Below, piece after piece: positions 1 through 12,000 of a DNA stretch of 64,000 nucleotides. The stretch is taken from assembly GCF_011745625.1 (NCBI RefSeq), contig NW_027191491.1:1-64000 (forward strand), read 5' to 3'. This DNA comes from Cladosporium halotolerans (lineage: Eukaryota). The notes under the pieces were generated by a model. It did no database searches. It had not been told where the DNA came from and worked only from the letters and a program-made list of their open reading frames with translations. A program made the position numbers and the translations under genes. The stretch's first letter is position 1. Each line of letters begins with the position of its first letter.

Positions 1-580
1 CTGAATCTGATTATTCAGGTCCGAGCTCAATCAGGGACCTGATTGATTGATTACCTGATTGATTATCTGATTGAGAAAATCAAGATTCAAGATCTATGGG
101 TTGAAAGCGGCGACTTTTTCAGAAGAGTCGTGCGAATGTAATGGGATCTTTGGAGGTCCTTAGTTACTCTCAATCGCATGTTCGGTTTCGCGCTGCCTCG
201 ACGTGTTCCGGTTCAAGCGAGATGATCGATCTCAATGAGCTGGTCTTGCACAGGTCACTGCCGGTTGCCATCACTTGTTCACTTAAAATCAATATCCTAT
301 TGATGGTCACTAGGATCGATGATGATCGATCATTGAAGGGTCAGCATGTGAATCTGCTTCGTTGCTCGATCGTTCATCCAATTCGCTTCCCTCAATTGGG
401 TCGTCAACTCATTGCCGCTCTTTTCACATGTTGATCAACCACCTTTTGGCGAGATATAAGTAACCATGACCCCTCTCATCCCTTCTTCCCTCCTACAATC
501 ACCTCCTCAACAATCAATACCCTTCCATCAACCGAATACAAAACCACCAACATGACATCCCACTAACAAGCGCACCGACA

Positions 581-1025
581 ATGTCCACCCTTACCACCCT
601 CCTCACCACCCTCCTCCACCTCCTCATCCCGACCACCACCACCGCCTACGCCGCCGACAACGCCCGCATCACCTTCTACGACAACCAAGACGCCTCGAAC
701 ATAAACTTCGGCGCCTGCGAGCAGCCGCTCGGCACCCTCGCCGCGCCCTTCGGAGCCGCCATGAGCTTCGCCGACAACGGCAACAAGCAGGCCTGCGGGA
801 AATGCATTGAGGTCCATTATCAGGGGAAGGGTGTGAAGGTGCAGGTATGTTGTTTGCTTTGGATTCGACTACGTGGGCATGGCGATTGACAGAGATGGAC
901 AGGTTGTTGACAAGTGCTCCGCATGCCCGCAGAACGGGCTTGATCTGTGGAAAGGGGCGTTCGAGACGCTGGCTAGTCCTGATGTGGGCGTGCTGTATAC
1001 CGACTGGGAGTGGGTTGGTTGCTGA
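581..1025 (+). CDS. Small secreted RlpA-like double-psi beta-barrel (expansin/loosenin-like) protein, 128 aa; exons 581-844, 903-1025
   Basis: Hydrophobic signal peptide, then ITFY..GAC, ACGKCIEV. A GTATGT..AG intron (845-902) joins in frame to VVDKCSACPQNGLDLWKGAFETLA...W, the typical DPBB 'VVDxCxxC...LDL...AF' pattern. Confidence 0.8.
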
Positions 1026-2400
1026 ATGGCTGTTCTGAGAGCGTGAGTTGTTACTCACTGGTCTGCGTGTTGTGGTGACATTGACTGACTGGGTGTGCTT
1101 ACAGCCAACTGCTTGATGAGTTTCTTTCTCGTGCACCGGCATACTTACGCGGTGCTAGCCGCTGGGCGGGAGGTGGCACGGACTGCCATGGAGACTTGAT
1201 ATAGCGATATGAAATTAAACGATGCTTTTCCTTCTCAAGCTCGCCTTGGGCATGTCCAGGGTCTGCGTTTTTCTGTGACGATCACTCGAATCCCCTTATC
1301 AATCAAGATCATTCCTACATTTTGTGCGTGAGAGGCAGGGCGAGTATCGAGGCTGGCGTTAAGTGACTTTGCAAGGACTCTTTCGTTTCTGTAAGAGCAG
1401 GTTACGCCAAGCCCTCGAAGACCAGTTCCTGTCTTCCCACTCAGCTCGATGTCAGATATGTAATTCGTTAAATACAAGCGAAGTTGCAATTGCAGAGACT
1501 CACCGATCCATTGGCCGCGGCAAACCTTTGGGTTCGCCCAGTCGATCTCCACGCCGATACAAGCCCCCTGCCCAGACATGATGACAGCCGCTAGACTCTG
1601 GCCGATTCATCATGTCGCGGGAACCACTCAGGCTTATGGCGTTTGACCAGCAGCACAGCGGGTCCCGGCACGTATCCGCACTGGGTGAGGTCGATATTTC
1701 CCACACAATAGTCGGCCACGCCCATAAAGATGAGGAAGCCTAGGACGATATCGGTCGAGTAGTAGTCGAACTTGAGGATAGCGGCCCAGAAGGGGTTAGA
1801 AGCGTCTACCATCTTTGATGGGCTTGATGGGGCTGTATGGAAGTAGGGCTCTAGAAGAAGGATGAGTTGCTAATCCCTGCCATGAGAACAAAAGCCAAAG
1901 AGGGATTAGGAGACAGTTCCAGTTGACGAAGACGCCATCGTCCATAGCTTTGCGATGGCTCACATCCTGGTTTGCTGAACCCACTGCTGTGACGTTGGAT
2001 GTGAAACGAACGGACTTCTACCGCGACCCACTTGCGACCATCAGAATGCACGAAGGATCATGTCGCCGCGCAGAGTACAAGGCCTTGGATCCCGTGGTGT
2101 GCTTCTGGGTCGGGCTTTCGACCTTTCTTGTCGATTGAAATGCAGGCACGGCGTTCATTCGGTGTCGTGAAAGCGTATAACCCGCACGAAGCTGACGATA
2201 GACCAGGGATGAAGGCAGAAAAAGCCGCGAAGACCGCAGCGATATTATATATGTACAGTTCCGCTAGTAACGCCGTCACATGCACACGCCCAGACATCAC
2301 CGGGCGTAACCATCGTATTCAGAAAGGAAAATCCTCAATCCCCAAACACCATCTCATGCACATAATACGAAAGCGCAAAGCGAACGAGCCAAGCGCCTGC

Positions 2401-5400
2401 CTACTTGCTCGCCATAACGTCCACATACCTTCCTCCCTTCTTCTTGCCGCCCTTGACCGTGCCCTTCTTTGCGCCCGCGCCTGGCGGTCCGCCCAGCAAA
2501 TCGTCCAAGCTACTAGCATTGCTCAAAGAGCTGGACGGGCGAGGAGGAGGCATGAGACCCGCAGCGCCCGGGCCGCTCAAAGCAGTCGGAGGAGTACCGG
2601 CGAGCGATGCAGGGGTCCCAGCGCGAGAGGGCGGGTTGGACGGCGGGCCACTGCCAATCGGCACTGGGCCTGAAGACGTAGGCGGTCGGCTTCCCATGGC
2701 CGCGAGGCTGCCGCCACTAGCAGCACGCGAAGGCGGGCCCATGGTTGGCGGAGCCGAGGCGGCGGCGCTGGCGACGCGGCTGGGAGGGCCTTTGGGCGGA
2801 GGAGGTGTCGCGGCCGCTGGAGTTGCGGCGTCAGCACCGCCCTTCTTGTTGACCCATTTGTTGAGGTCCTTGTCAAAGTAGAAAGAGCTCTCCTCGCCGA
2901 GCTTGGCTCTGACGGGGCCGTTGCCGGGCGCTTGCTCTTTCTTGCCTCCGAACCAGCCTCCGAACCAGCCCTTCTTGTCTCCTTTGTCGTTCTGGGATCG
3001 AGCGGCGTCAGCTTCGGCGGCGGCGCGGAAAGCAGCATCGGCCTGGCGATCGGCCTCGGAGTTCTTTTGCGACTTGAGAGCCGAGGCGCGAGCCACTATG
3101 TCGTCGTCATCGTCATCGTCCATCATGGGCTTCAGCTTGGGCTTAGGCGCTTCCTCCTCTTCTGGCTCGGGCTCGGGCTGGTAGGGTTGGTAGGCAGGCG
3201 GCTCGTAACCGGTAGACGGTGGCTGGTAGCCAGTTCCTGTCTCTGAGTCAAAGCCTTGAGGCTCGTCTCCAGCGGGCTCTGGTGCCGCCATCTTGTGATC
3301 GTCGAAGCCGCCCTCGGCGTCGTCATTCATGGTCGCAGGGCCCTCATGAACCTGGGGTGGCGTCGCACCAAAGCCATCGGATTCCGCATACATGGACTTG
3401 GGCTCGTAGCTCTGATTCGAAACATGGCTCATAGCACTTCCTCTCCTCGAGCCTGCATTGTATGCTGCGAAAGTGTCGCTAGAAGCTCTCTCCGGCTCCG
3501 GACGAGGGACGTTGAGCATCTGCGGGCTCTGCTGAAGGCTCGGCTGCGGCGCATAACTGTTGTACCTGGAGGAAGTCGGCCTGCTACTGTCCGAGTGAGG
3601 GATTTGAGGCTCATATGAGCGATCCGAGTCCATCGAAGACCTAGAAGGAGCAAACTGCGAAGGCACCGACGGAGCGTACCGGTTCGCAGACATGGCTGCG
3701 TGAGACGGCACCGAGGCCGCGCCTCCTGGCGCGTATCTGCTTGGCGCCGTCGCGGGAGGTGCAGCTGGCTGGAAAGCTGGCTGCAGGGTGTTGTTCGCCA
3801 TCATAGGGTTGTAAAGCTCCGTACTGGAGTTCGTGCGGGAAATCGTGCTCTGATTGGTGTTCACAGCACCAAAAGGTGTCGATGCAGCTGAGTCTGCGCC
3901 TTGGCCCTGCGCGGACGTGGGATCGGAGTCTGCGTCGTCGCCAGCGACGAACTTGGTAAACCAACTTCCAACACCCGAAGAGACCCTGTCCATAGCTGGC
4001 TTGGAGAAGAACTTTCCGCCAGATCCTGCGGTTTGAGGCGTCTGGGACAGGAAGGCGCCGAAGCTCATCAGCTCCTGAGCAAGGGCTTGGTTGTAGTAGC
4101 CACTGGGCTTGGTGGTGGAGCGGATAGCAGAATCGATGTGGTTGCAGTAGCTCTCTGCTTTCTGCTTGAGTCCATAGGCAGCCAATTGCTGTCCGTGCAT
4201 GAGCTTGTACGCCTGCAGGTGGGGAATGTAGCTGGCGGTGGAGGATGGCGCGGAAAGCGAAGATGCATACTCGTAGATCTCGGTGAGCATGATCGAGTCA
4301 AGGTTCGCGTCACCAGCGGCATGGTTTGCTCCCAGCAACACGAAAGAAGCGTCCGCATCATCGGCGCCGGAGTGCTTTGCGAGTTGACGAGCGAAGAGGC
4401 AGCATGTGTGGGCAGCCTCTGATCGGCCATAGCTGGCAAGGAGCTTGCCAAGAGCGACAAGCGACTGAGTATCCGTCGGTGTGCGGTTGCTGGTGACAAG
4501 CGCGAGAGTTTCCCGCCATTGGTCAAGTCCTTCCAACGGGTTGCCCGCCCTGCTACCATCTGTCTTGCTCATCATCAAGAAGCCAGCGCGAGCAGAAGGT
4601 GGCACAAGCTCATCGACGCAGTCCTCTGCACTTCCCGCGAAGACCTGGTATAGCGCAGCAAGACTGCGGGCATCCGCACCGCTGCTCCTTACTTGCGATC
4701 TGACGAAGGACGCAACAATCTGTTTCCACATGTCTGGGCCCATTGTAGAAGCGAGCAGGAGCGCATGACCCCACAGCTTCTTCTCTTCCGCAATCCAGAC
4801 CGCACGTTCACGCTGACCTTCAAATAGTGCTTGGCGAAGCTGAGCCAGGACGGAAGTGTCGACCGGATCCGGCTGAGTGATAGCAGACCCAGGGCTCTGG
4901 AGATCCGCCACTTGGCTCATCTGAGCGAGATTTGGCAGAAGAACCTTGCGGACTTCCTCATCGATCTTTGGCGAGCCTTCAAGTGTTCCATCGTGCTCGA
5001 CGAAGATCCTCATGATCTTCCAAAGAACGAGCTTCTCTTCTGTACATTTGTGCACGTCCGTCGGCAGGCCAAAGTCGCGCAGGACGCCCTCGGTCTCATG
5101 CTCCAGATCCTCGATCTTGCCTGCCATCCACGATAGCAGCTCCTTCTTCTTGCCTTTGCTGCGAGCGGGCAGTGGGCCGGGGAACTTTGCGTCTCTCTCG
5201 CCAAACGGCATGAAGGTCGTTGCGTCCTCCATCGTGATCGTCCCTGGCGTACACTTAATACTAGGGAGACCATGACCAGCCGCATAGAATGCCGACTGCT
5301 TAGGGAAGCTGTACACAACGGTGCCCGAAGGACTCCAGGTGAAGATTGGATGGCCCTTCCATCGCTCCAGAGCGTCATGCGCGCGTTCATCTTGAGGCAC

Positions 5401-8376
5401 TGCGAACGCGAGATCCCGGGAGAACTGCCGGCGATGTGCAAGCTTGACGGATCGCTGAGAGGACGGTGCTGGTTGGGATGGAGGTGCTGTAGGCAGGGAT
5501 GGGGCCATGGGTGACGGAGCATGTCCCGCCGAAACCGCGGCGGCCCTTGCGGTCTTCATCACAGCGCCTGGCGATTGAGTCCTGGGCCTCTGAGGCGGTC
5601 CTGGAGGAGACGATCCGAAGCCTGTCTCGTGAATGCCAGCACTAGTGCTGGGAGGCGTGTATTTGGTCCCGGTGGAACCTCTTCGCTCGGGAGATAACAG
5701 CCCATTCGCGGTAGGAGGCGAAATAGGAGTCTGAGGCACGGTTTCCTGAGAATCTTGCTGGGCTCTCGATGGCCGGCCATGCATAGCTAGAGGACTGCTT
5801 GTTCTTGGGGCGAATGGCTGAGCAGGAGACGGGCGGCCGACGGCCGGCGCGATCGACGGCTGCGGTGCTGACGCATAGCGCTGAGATGGCTGGGCTTGCG
5901 GCTGTGCTGCCGGAGCAGGGGAGTATCGAGATGCAGTCGCTGGTGCCTGTGAACCCTGCGCCGGCGCGGGAGAGTACCTGCTAGCAGTTGCAGGGGCCGC
6001 AGGAGCCGCCGTTGAGTTGGGGCTATACCGTCCGGTGCCTGCAGGTACTTGAGGTGTCTGCTGAGCTGCGGGCACGGTAGGTGGCGACTGCTCCGGAAAG
6101 AGCGGTGTCTTGGATGGCTGCGAAAGTCCACCGGCGACGGCTGGATATTGAGCAGGCGTAGGCGGGCCAGTCGGCCTAGTGGGTGGAGGCATGGCTGCGG
6201 CGGGCTTTTGTTGAGGCGGGAACTGGGCTTGAGGCGGCATTGGTGGAGTAGGCGTACCCACAGACTGAGGTGTGAATACGCCTGACGGTCTAGCACGGAG
6301 CTTTGGAGCAACTGGGAGATCAGCAAAGAATCCACTGTCACTCTTAGGCGTCTGCTTGGGAGGCACTGGTGGAGTAACACCGGCAGTCTGGGGAGGCGCT
6401 GGAGGGCCATTGAGGTGGTTCGGAACTGGGGGTGCGGCGCTCATGTCGGGTGTTTGACTGGGTTGATGGAAACTACTACTCCGGGGCGGCGGAGCCGACG
6501 TCTGAGCAGAAGGTTGCGGCGTTTGCATTGGACGTCTCCTGGGCTTTACCACCTCCATCGGTAGGTCGTATGGTGACTGGTATCCGCCCTTCGCCTTGTC
6601 TACGAAACTTTGCGCACTTGTGAGAGCAGGACGCTCTGGCTGCTGCGCCGGGGCAGGCTGGCTGTGCAGATCGTAAAGACCGGTCGTCGGGGTGCCAGCT
6701 GACCGCGACATGTTCTGTTCGACCAGAGGTGTGCCCGGAGTGCTGATTGTTGCTTGCTGGAATGGATGCTGTGCGCTACTAGGCGTGTAGTCCCGCTTGC
6801 CTTGCTGTTGCGTTTGTGCCTGCGGTTCGCCTTGACTTAAGCCAAGGAAATCATCATCCTCCAGAAGACCATCGTCGTCGTCTCCAAAAATTGTAGCCGG
6901 GTCCAGCATATCGTCGTCAAGGATATCATCGTCATCCAGAGCTGCCGCAAAAGCAGCGTTCAAGTCGGCGGGTTGCGTCTCTGTGGCAGGAAGATTCTCG
7001 ATAGCCAATCCCTCCGGAGAAGCCTCCTTTGTCTGGTGCCCCAAAAGCTCTCCAAATGTGTTGTCAACCTCTTCTTCGTCCTGCTCCCTGTCCAGTGACT
7101 TTTGCGCCTGAGCACCCAGGATGTCATTGAAGGCCGGGTCGTCACCTGTTGCTCCCCAGCCATCATTTTCGCTCTCGCTATGCGGCTGGGGAGCTTCATT
7201 TGCATGTTCGGTGTTATTTCGTTGGGCGGACTGGCTACCAATAATCTCGCCAAATGCATCATCGTCTCCGCCTGCTGGCCAGTCGGATGCGATTTCTCGA
7301 CTTCGTTCCGGCTCGGTCGGATCAGATTCGAGCTTTGATTTCCCGTCGTGCACTACACCTTGGCCTTGCGCCTGCTGGGGCTGATCATCCAAGAGTTCCC
7401 CAAAGGTCTTATCGTCCCCAGCAGCTGGCCAATCCTCGTCCACGACCTGTCTCTGCACGGGTGTCGATGCCTCCTGATCCTGGTGCGGCGGCTCAGTGAA
7501 GTTGGAAGTGAAGGACCGCTCGATGGATGGGTGCTGAGGCTGTTCGGTCTGCAAAGGTATTTGCCCGGTCTCTCCTTCAAGACTGGCTGCGAACCCGTCT
7601 TGCTGAGCTTCAAATGTCGCCGCACGACTTACGTTGCCCGGTGTCGGCGCGGGCTCCTCATCATCCATGAGGGGTGCTTGAGCGCTTTCGTCTTGTGCTG
7701 CTTCCATTTCTGTGACCTCGCCTTGGTAATCGTAGTTCTCCTCAGGTCTGTGAGCCTCTTCCTGCGCAGCTGCTTGGTCTGTCTGCTCAACTCCTTTTGC
7801 TGCCGGCTGAACCACAGATGCTGGCGCTTCGTTGGCCACATCGGGCATGTGCTCCTCAAGGTCCCAAGCCTGCTCTTCCGCGGTTACTTCGGAGCTGAAA
7901 ACCGCAGCGTCTTCATCCTGGGGGACAGTCGGGGTGACCTCTTCGACTGGATGGTCGTGGTGACTTATGGGCGCGTCTGCGTCGGCTGTGATCTCTGGCT
8001 GCATGCCCATCTCCTCAGGCGCAGCAGGCGTTTTTGTGACTGACACCTCATCTTCCACACTTATGCTTTGCGACTGCTCGGGCATACCCCAGGCGGACTC
8101 CTCGTCAACCTCTTCCTTCTGCATCGGCGAGCCCCCAGCTGCTACGCTCGTGCTCTGAGTCGCCGATTGGTCGTCCCGCTGTTTCTTGGGAGTCGGATTC
8201 GGATACCGATCAAAGAAATCGTCGTCGTCTCCGCTCGGTGAAGGCTTTGTTTCAGGCTCCGGATGCTCGGTGTCTGGCCTCAGCGCAGGGTTCCAGGATG
8301 CCGAGTTCTGCACGGGTGTCGACGGCGACGCGCCGACGAAGGCGTTGCCGAAGTTGGGGAAGCCATCGTCGTCCAT
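2401..8376 (-). CDS. SEC16: COPII coat assembly protein Sec16, 1991 aa, intronless
   Basis: Acidic, Pro-rich N-terminus; central conserved domain (FPGPL..KxKKK, LWGHALLLAS, LDQWRETLALV, TEIYEY, HLQAYKL); C-terminal GWFGGWF, AKLGEESSFYFDKDLNKWVNKK and RYVDVM motifs. Confidence 0.93.
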   Translation of the reverse strand: MDDDGFPNFGNAFVGASPSTPVQNSASWNPALRPDTEHPEPETKPSPSGDDDDFFDRYPNPTPKKQRDDQSATQSTSVAAGGSPMQKEEVDEESAWGMPEQSQSISVEDEVSVTKTPAAPEEMGMQPEITADADAPISHHDHPVEEVTPTVPQDEDAAVFSSEVTAEEQAWDLEEHMPDVANEAPASVVQPAAKGVEQTDQAAAQEEAHRPEENYDYQGEVTEMEAAQDESAQAPLMDDEEPAPTPGNVSRAATFEAQQDGFAASLEGETGQIPLQTEQPQHPSIERSFTSNFTEPPHQDQEASTPVQRQVVDEDWPAAGDDKTFGELLDDQPQQAQGQGVVHDGKSKLESDPTEPERSREIASDWPAGGDDDAFGEIIGSQSAQRNNTEHANEAPQPHSESENDGWGATGDDPAFNDILGAQAQKSLDREQDEEEVDNTFGELLGHQTKEASPEGLAIENLPATETQPADLNAAFAAALDDDDILDDDMLDPATIFGDDDDGLLEDDDFLGLSQGEPQAQTQQQGKRDYTPSSAQHPFQQATISTPGTPLVEQNMSRSAGTPTTGLYDLHSQPAPAQQPERPALTSAQSFVDKAKGGYQSPYDLPMEVVKPRRRPMQTPQPSAQTSAPPPRSSSFHQPSQTPDMSAAPPVPNHLNGPPAPPQTAGVTPPVPPKQTPKSDSGFFADLPVAPKLRARPSGVFTPQSVGTPTPPMPPQAQFPPQQKPAAAMPPPTRPTGPPTPAQYPAVAGGLSQPSKTPLFPEQSPPTVPAAQQTPQVPAGTGRYSPNSTAAPAAPATASRYSPAPAQGSQAPATASRYSPAPAAQPQAQPSQRYASAPQPSIAPAVGRPSPAQPFAPRTSSPLAMHGRPSRAQQDSQETVPQTPISPPTANGLLSPERRGSTGTKYTPPSTSAGIHETGFGSSPPGPPQRPRTQSPGAVMKTARAAAVSAGHAPSPMAPSLPTAPPSQPAPSSQRSVKLAHRRQFSRDLAFAVPQDERAHDALERWKGHPIFTWSPSGTVVYSFPKQSAFYAAGHGLPSIKCTPGTITMEDATTFMPFGERDAKFPGPLPARSKGKKKELLSWMAGKIEDLEHETEGVLRDFGLPTDVHKCTEEKLVLWKIMRIFVEHDGTLEGSPKIDEEVRKVLLPNLAQMSQVADLQSPGSAITQPDPVDTSVLAQLRQALFEGQRERAVWIAEEKKLWGHALLLASTMGPDMWKQIVASFVRSQVRSSGADARSLAALYQVFAGSAEDCVDELVPPSARAGFLMMSKTDGSRAGNPLEGLDQWRETLALVTSNRTPTDTQSLVALGKLLASYGRSEAAHTCCLFARQLAKHSGADDADASFVLLGANHAAGDANLDSIMLTEIYEYASSLSAPSSTASYIPHLQAYKLMHGQQLAAYGLKQKAESYCNHIDSAIRSTTKPSGYYNQALAQELMSFGAFLSQTPQTAGSGGKFFSKPAMDRVSSGVGSWFTKFVAGDDADSDPTSAQGQGADSAASTPFGAVNTNQSTISRTNSSTELYNPMMANNTLQPAFQPAAPPATAPSRYAPGGAASVPSHAAMSANRYAPSVPSQFAPSRSSMDSDRSYEPQIPHSDSSRPTSSRYNSYAPQPSLQQSPQMLNVPRPEPERASSDTFAAYNAGSRRGSAMSHVSNQSYEPKSMYAESDGFGATPPQVHEGPATMNDDAEGGFDDHKMAAPEPAGDEPQGFDSETGTGYQPPSTGYEPPAYQPYQPEPEPEEEEAPKPKLKPMMDDDDDDDIVARASALKSQKNSEADRQADAAFRAAAEADAARSQNDKGDKKGWFGGWFGGKKEQAPGNGPVRAKLGEESSFYFDKDLNKWVNKKGGADAATPAAATPPPPKGPPSRVASAAASAPPTMGPPSRAASGGSLAAMGSRPPTSSGPVPIGSGPPSNPPSRAGTPASLAGTPPTALSGPGAAGLMPPPRPSSSLSNASSLDDLLGGPPGAGAKKGTVKGGKKKGGRYVDVMASK

Positions 8377-9001
8377 GATATTTGTGAAGGCAGCGCACGC
8401 GCGCGATGCCGACGCTGTGAATAAATCGAATAGATATTACTGCGCGACCATCAGCTCGCTGTTCGCCGTCGCTGCCGAAGTGGGCGATCCGCGTCGAAGG
8501 AGCTGGCCAGCTGGCTCGAGGGTATCCCTTTGCGGCCGGAAGAGGGCTTACCTGTACAATAGCGGGCAAAGAAAGGCGCAATCGAATGGAAGGGATTAGC
8601 AGTACACTTGGGGCATGACACGCAGCTTCCGGGCGGCGGATGCGCAGTGTGCGATGCGCGTGAATGCGAGTGCAAAGGAGTAATAGGAGGCCAAGTAGCC
8701 GTCAATTTACAATAGGAGATGACGATTGCGGCTGCCAGCTCGCGTTCGCGGGTCCGCAGCCCGCGCCCCGGGCTCCGATCGGCTTCTGGGGTCAAATGTC
8801 CAAGCACGTTGCAACGGCGTGTCAGATACATACAGGAGGCAGCAGCTTAACAAAGAAAGCCTGCCACCACGCCGCGCTCGGGATCACTCTCAAGCGTTCT
8901 GATCCCGGCCGCGCTTGCAATTATCCTTACAACACTCGCACAAATCGCCATGAACTAAACCCAACAACCTTCCGAAATCACCACAGACCCCCAAATGCGG
9001 T

Positions 9002-12000
9002 ATGAACCCTCCTAACGGCCATGCGAAACCGGCCGCGCCGGACGACCCTTACGATGACAACGACTCGGACCTGGACTTGGATCTGAATGAACTCAATCCT
9101 GCGACCTCAGTCGCACCTAAGTCGACGCGAGGGCAGCCTGCCGCCGCCCGCCGGAGCTACGATTATGGCGGTCAAATACCGCTGCGCAACCTTCGCTTTG
9201 GAGGACGGAGGAGGCCCCGAGAAGAGGACGAGGATATGGAAGCACTGATTGACAGTGAGGATGGAGCAAGGAAAAGAGAGAGCAATGGCTTTGGCGGAGA
9301 CGACGCGCCGCTGCTGAACGGGAGCTCGAGGCGCTGGTCGCAGCAGGGCTTGGATCCGTTCTCTGAGACGCGTCCTAGGCGAGGTGTATGGAAATACATG
9401 CCGTTTGGGAAACGCAGCTCTTCGATTGCGCTGCCGTCAAATGCCGTGGAGGAACCAGAGGAAGAACATGACCCCTCTGCTCAACGAACCGTCTCTGCTG
9501 CCCAGAAGCAGAGCGCTCGATTCCCTGCGAACGCGGTATCACACGCCAAGTACACGCCATGGTCGTTCTTGCCGCGGACTCTGTTCAACGAGTTCAAGTT
9601 CTTCATCAACATGTACTTCCTCCTGGTTGCATTGTCACAAATAATACCTGCACTGCGGATTGGATACCTGAGCACGTACATTGCGCCTCTGGCTTTTGTA
9701 ATATGCATCACCCTCAGCAAGGAAGCGTACGACGATATTTACCGGAGGAAGAGAGACAACGAGGCAAACAGCGAGCCCTATAAAGTGCTTCGGCTGGATG
9801 AGAGCGGCGCGCAAGGCTACGGCGGCGACCGCAAGAGAAAGGTCAGCAAGATGTCGGAGCGGAAGAAGGGCAAGAAAAGACGGTCAGACAGGGAAGACCG
9901 AGTTGCGCAAGCAGACATGGAGGAACAGGCCGCGGAAGACGTGGAGGCCCCTTCTGCGAGCGTCACAGAGGTAACCAAAGCATCAAAAGACCTGGCAGTT
10001 GGCGATGTGCTTGTGCTTGAGAAGGATCAGCGCGTTCCGGCGGACGTGATAATTCTGAAGAGCTATTCATCAGAAGCTCATGTACAGAGCGAGGAACCGG
10101 TGCCTTCGCCAAGAAAGTCCGAAACCCTCATGGATTTTGGCGAGGGCGCACAAGAGCCTGATGCAGCTCTTCAAGCGAAGGCCGAGAGAGGTGAAGATCT
10201 CGAGAATCGAACAACATCCTCCGATCCAAGTGGAGGCGGGGAGGCCTTCATACGAACCGATCAACTCGATGGTGAGACGGATTGGAAGCTCAGGCTAGCT
10301 TCTCCTCTGGCGCAAACACTGCCTGCAAGCGAGTACGGTCGACTTCGAATAACTGCTGGCAAGCCCGATAAGAGAGTCAACGATTTCGTTGGTACCATCG
10401 AACTTGCCCCCAAGTCTCACGCAGCATACGATCCGCCAGCTGATGAAGCGGGTGATTCTGCGACTGGAAGTGGAAAGACATCACAGTCAAGCCCTTTGAC
10501 GATTGACAACACAGCGTGGGCAAATACCGTGCTTGCTTCTACCACAACCGTACACGCTGTGGTAATATACACTGGACCACAGACGCGCGCCGCCCTCAGC
10601 ACGTCCGCTTCACGTTCGAAGACTGGATTGCTGGAGCTGGAGATCAACTCTTTGACGAAAATCCTGTGTTTCTTAACGGCTTTCTTGTCGTTTCTGCTGG
10701 TGGCTTTCGAAGGCTTTGACACGCGCGAAGGGAACCCGTGGTACGTCTCGGTCATGCGCTTCCTCATCCTGTTCAGCACGATTGTGCCGATCAGCTTGCG
10801 AGTCAACCTGGATATGGGCAAATCTGTATACGCTTGGTTCATACATCGCGACCCTGGCATTCCTGACACGGTAGTACGGACGTCGACCATCCCCGAAGAC
10901 CTCGGCAGAATCGAGTATTTGCTATCAGACAAGACCGGCACTTTGACGAGGAACGAGATGGAGCTGAGGAAGGTCCACGTTGGTACAGTCAGCTACGGAG
11001 GCGACGCTATGGAAGAAGTCACTGGCTACGTCCGTCAAGCCTTCTCCGACAACACTGGAAACGTCGATGCCCTCTTCACGCCATCTGCGGCATTCGACGC
11101 TCTGAGCGGTGCAACGAGAACGCGCCGCGAGATCGGCATCCGTGTCAGAGACCTGGTCCTTGCACTGGCTCTGTGCCACAACGTCACGCCAACAACCGAA
11201 GAAGACGAGAGCGGTGCTCCTGTGACAACTTACCAAGCCTCTTCGCCTGACGAGATCGCTATTGTACAATGGACCGAGTTGGTGGGACTTCGACTGGCAC
11301 ATCGCGATCGCAAGAGCATCAGTCTGCAGTTCTCTGGAGATGGACGAACCGTGGTGAAAGTGGAGATCCTCAACATCTTCCCCTTTACCTCCGACAGCAA
11401 GCGCATGGGCATCATTGTTCGCTTCCAGCGCTACGCCTCAAACAGTAGGCACAGCGATGAGGACGAGATTGTGTTCTTCCAGAAAGGTGCCGACACGGTC
11501 ATGACATCCATCGTGGCCGCCAACGATTGGCTCGACGAAGAGACCGGTAACATGGCACGCGAAGGACTTCGCACACTAGTGATAGGTCGGAAGCCTCTGA
11601 GCGCTCAGCAATACGCGGCCTTCTCTGCCGCGCATACAGAAGCGTCAATGAGCTTGCAGAACCGCGACACCGAAATGGCAGCTGTAGTCAAGCAGCATCT
11701 CGAGCACAACCTCGAGCTGCTCGGCGTTACCGGTGTCGAGGATAAGCTCCAACCTCACGTCAAGCCATCGCTGGAGCTCTTGAGGAATGCTGGAGTCAAG
11801 ATCTGGATGCTGACCGGTGATAAAGTTGAGACTGCTCGCTGCGTTGCAGTTTCGTCAAAGCTTGTTTCACGAGGCCAGCATATCCACACGATTGCCGGAT
11901 TAAAGCGCAAAGACACGGCGCTGGACGCGTTGGCGCCTCTTGCCAATCGCCCGAATGCTGCCCTTCTCATCGATGGTCAGAGCCTTGCTCTCTACCTGAA

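Noticed and set aside
1591..1812. 73-aa protein-like minus ORF (MVDASNPFW...)
   Set aside because: Bounded by in-frame stops; no convincing exon chain or family.
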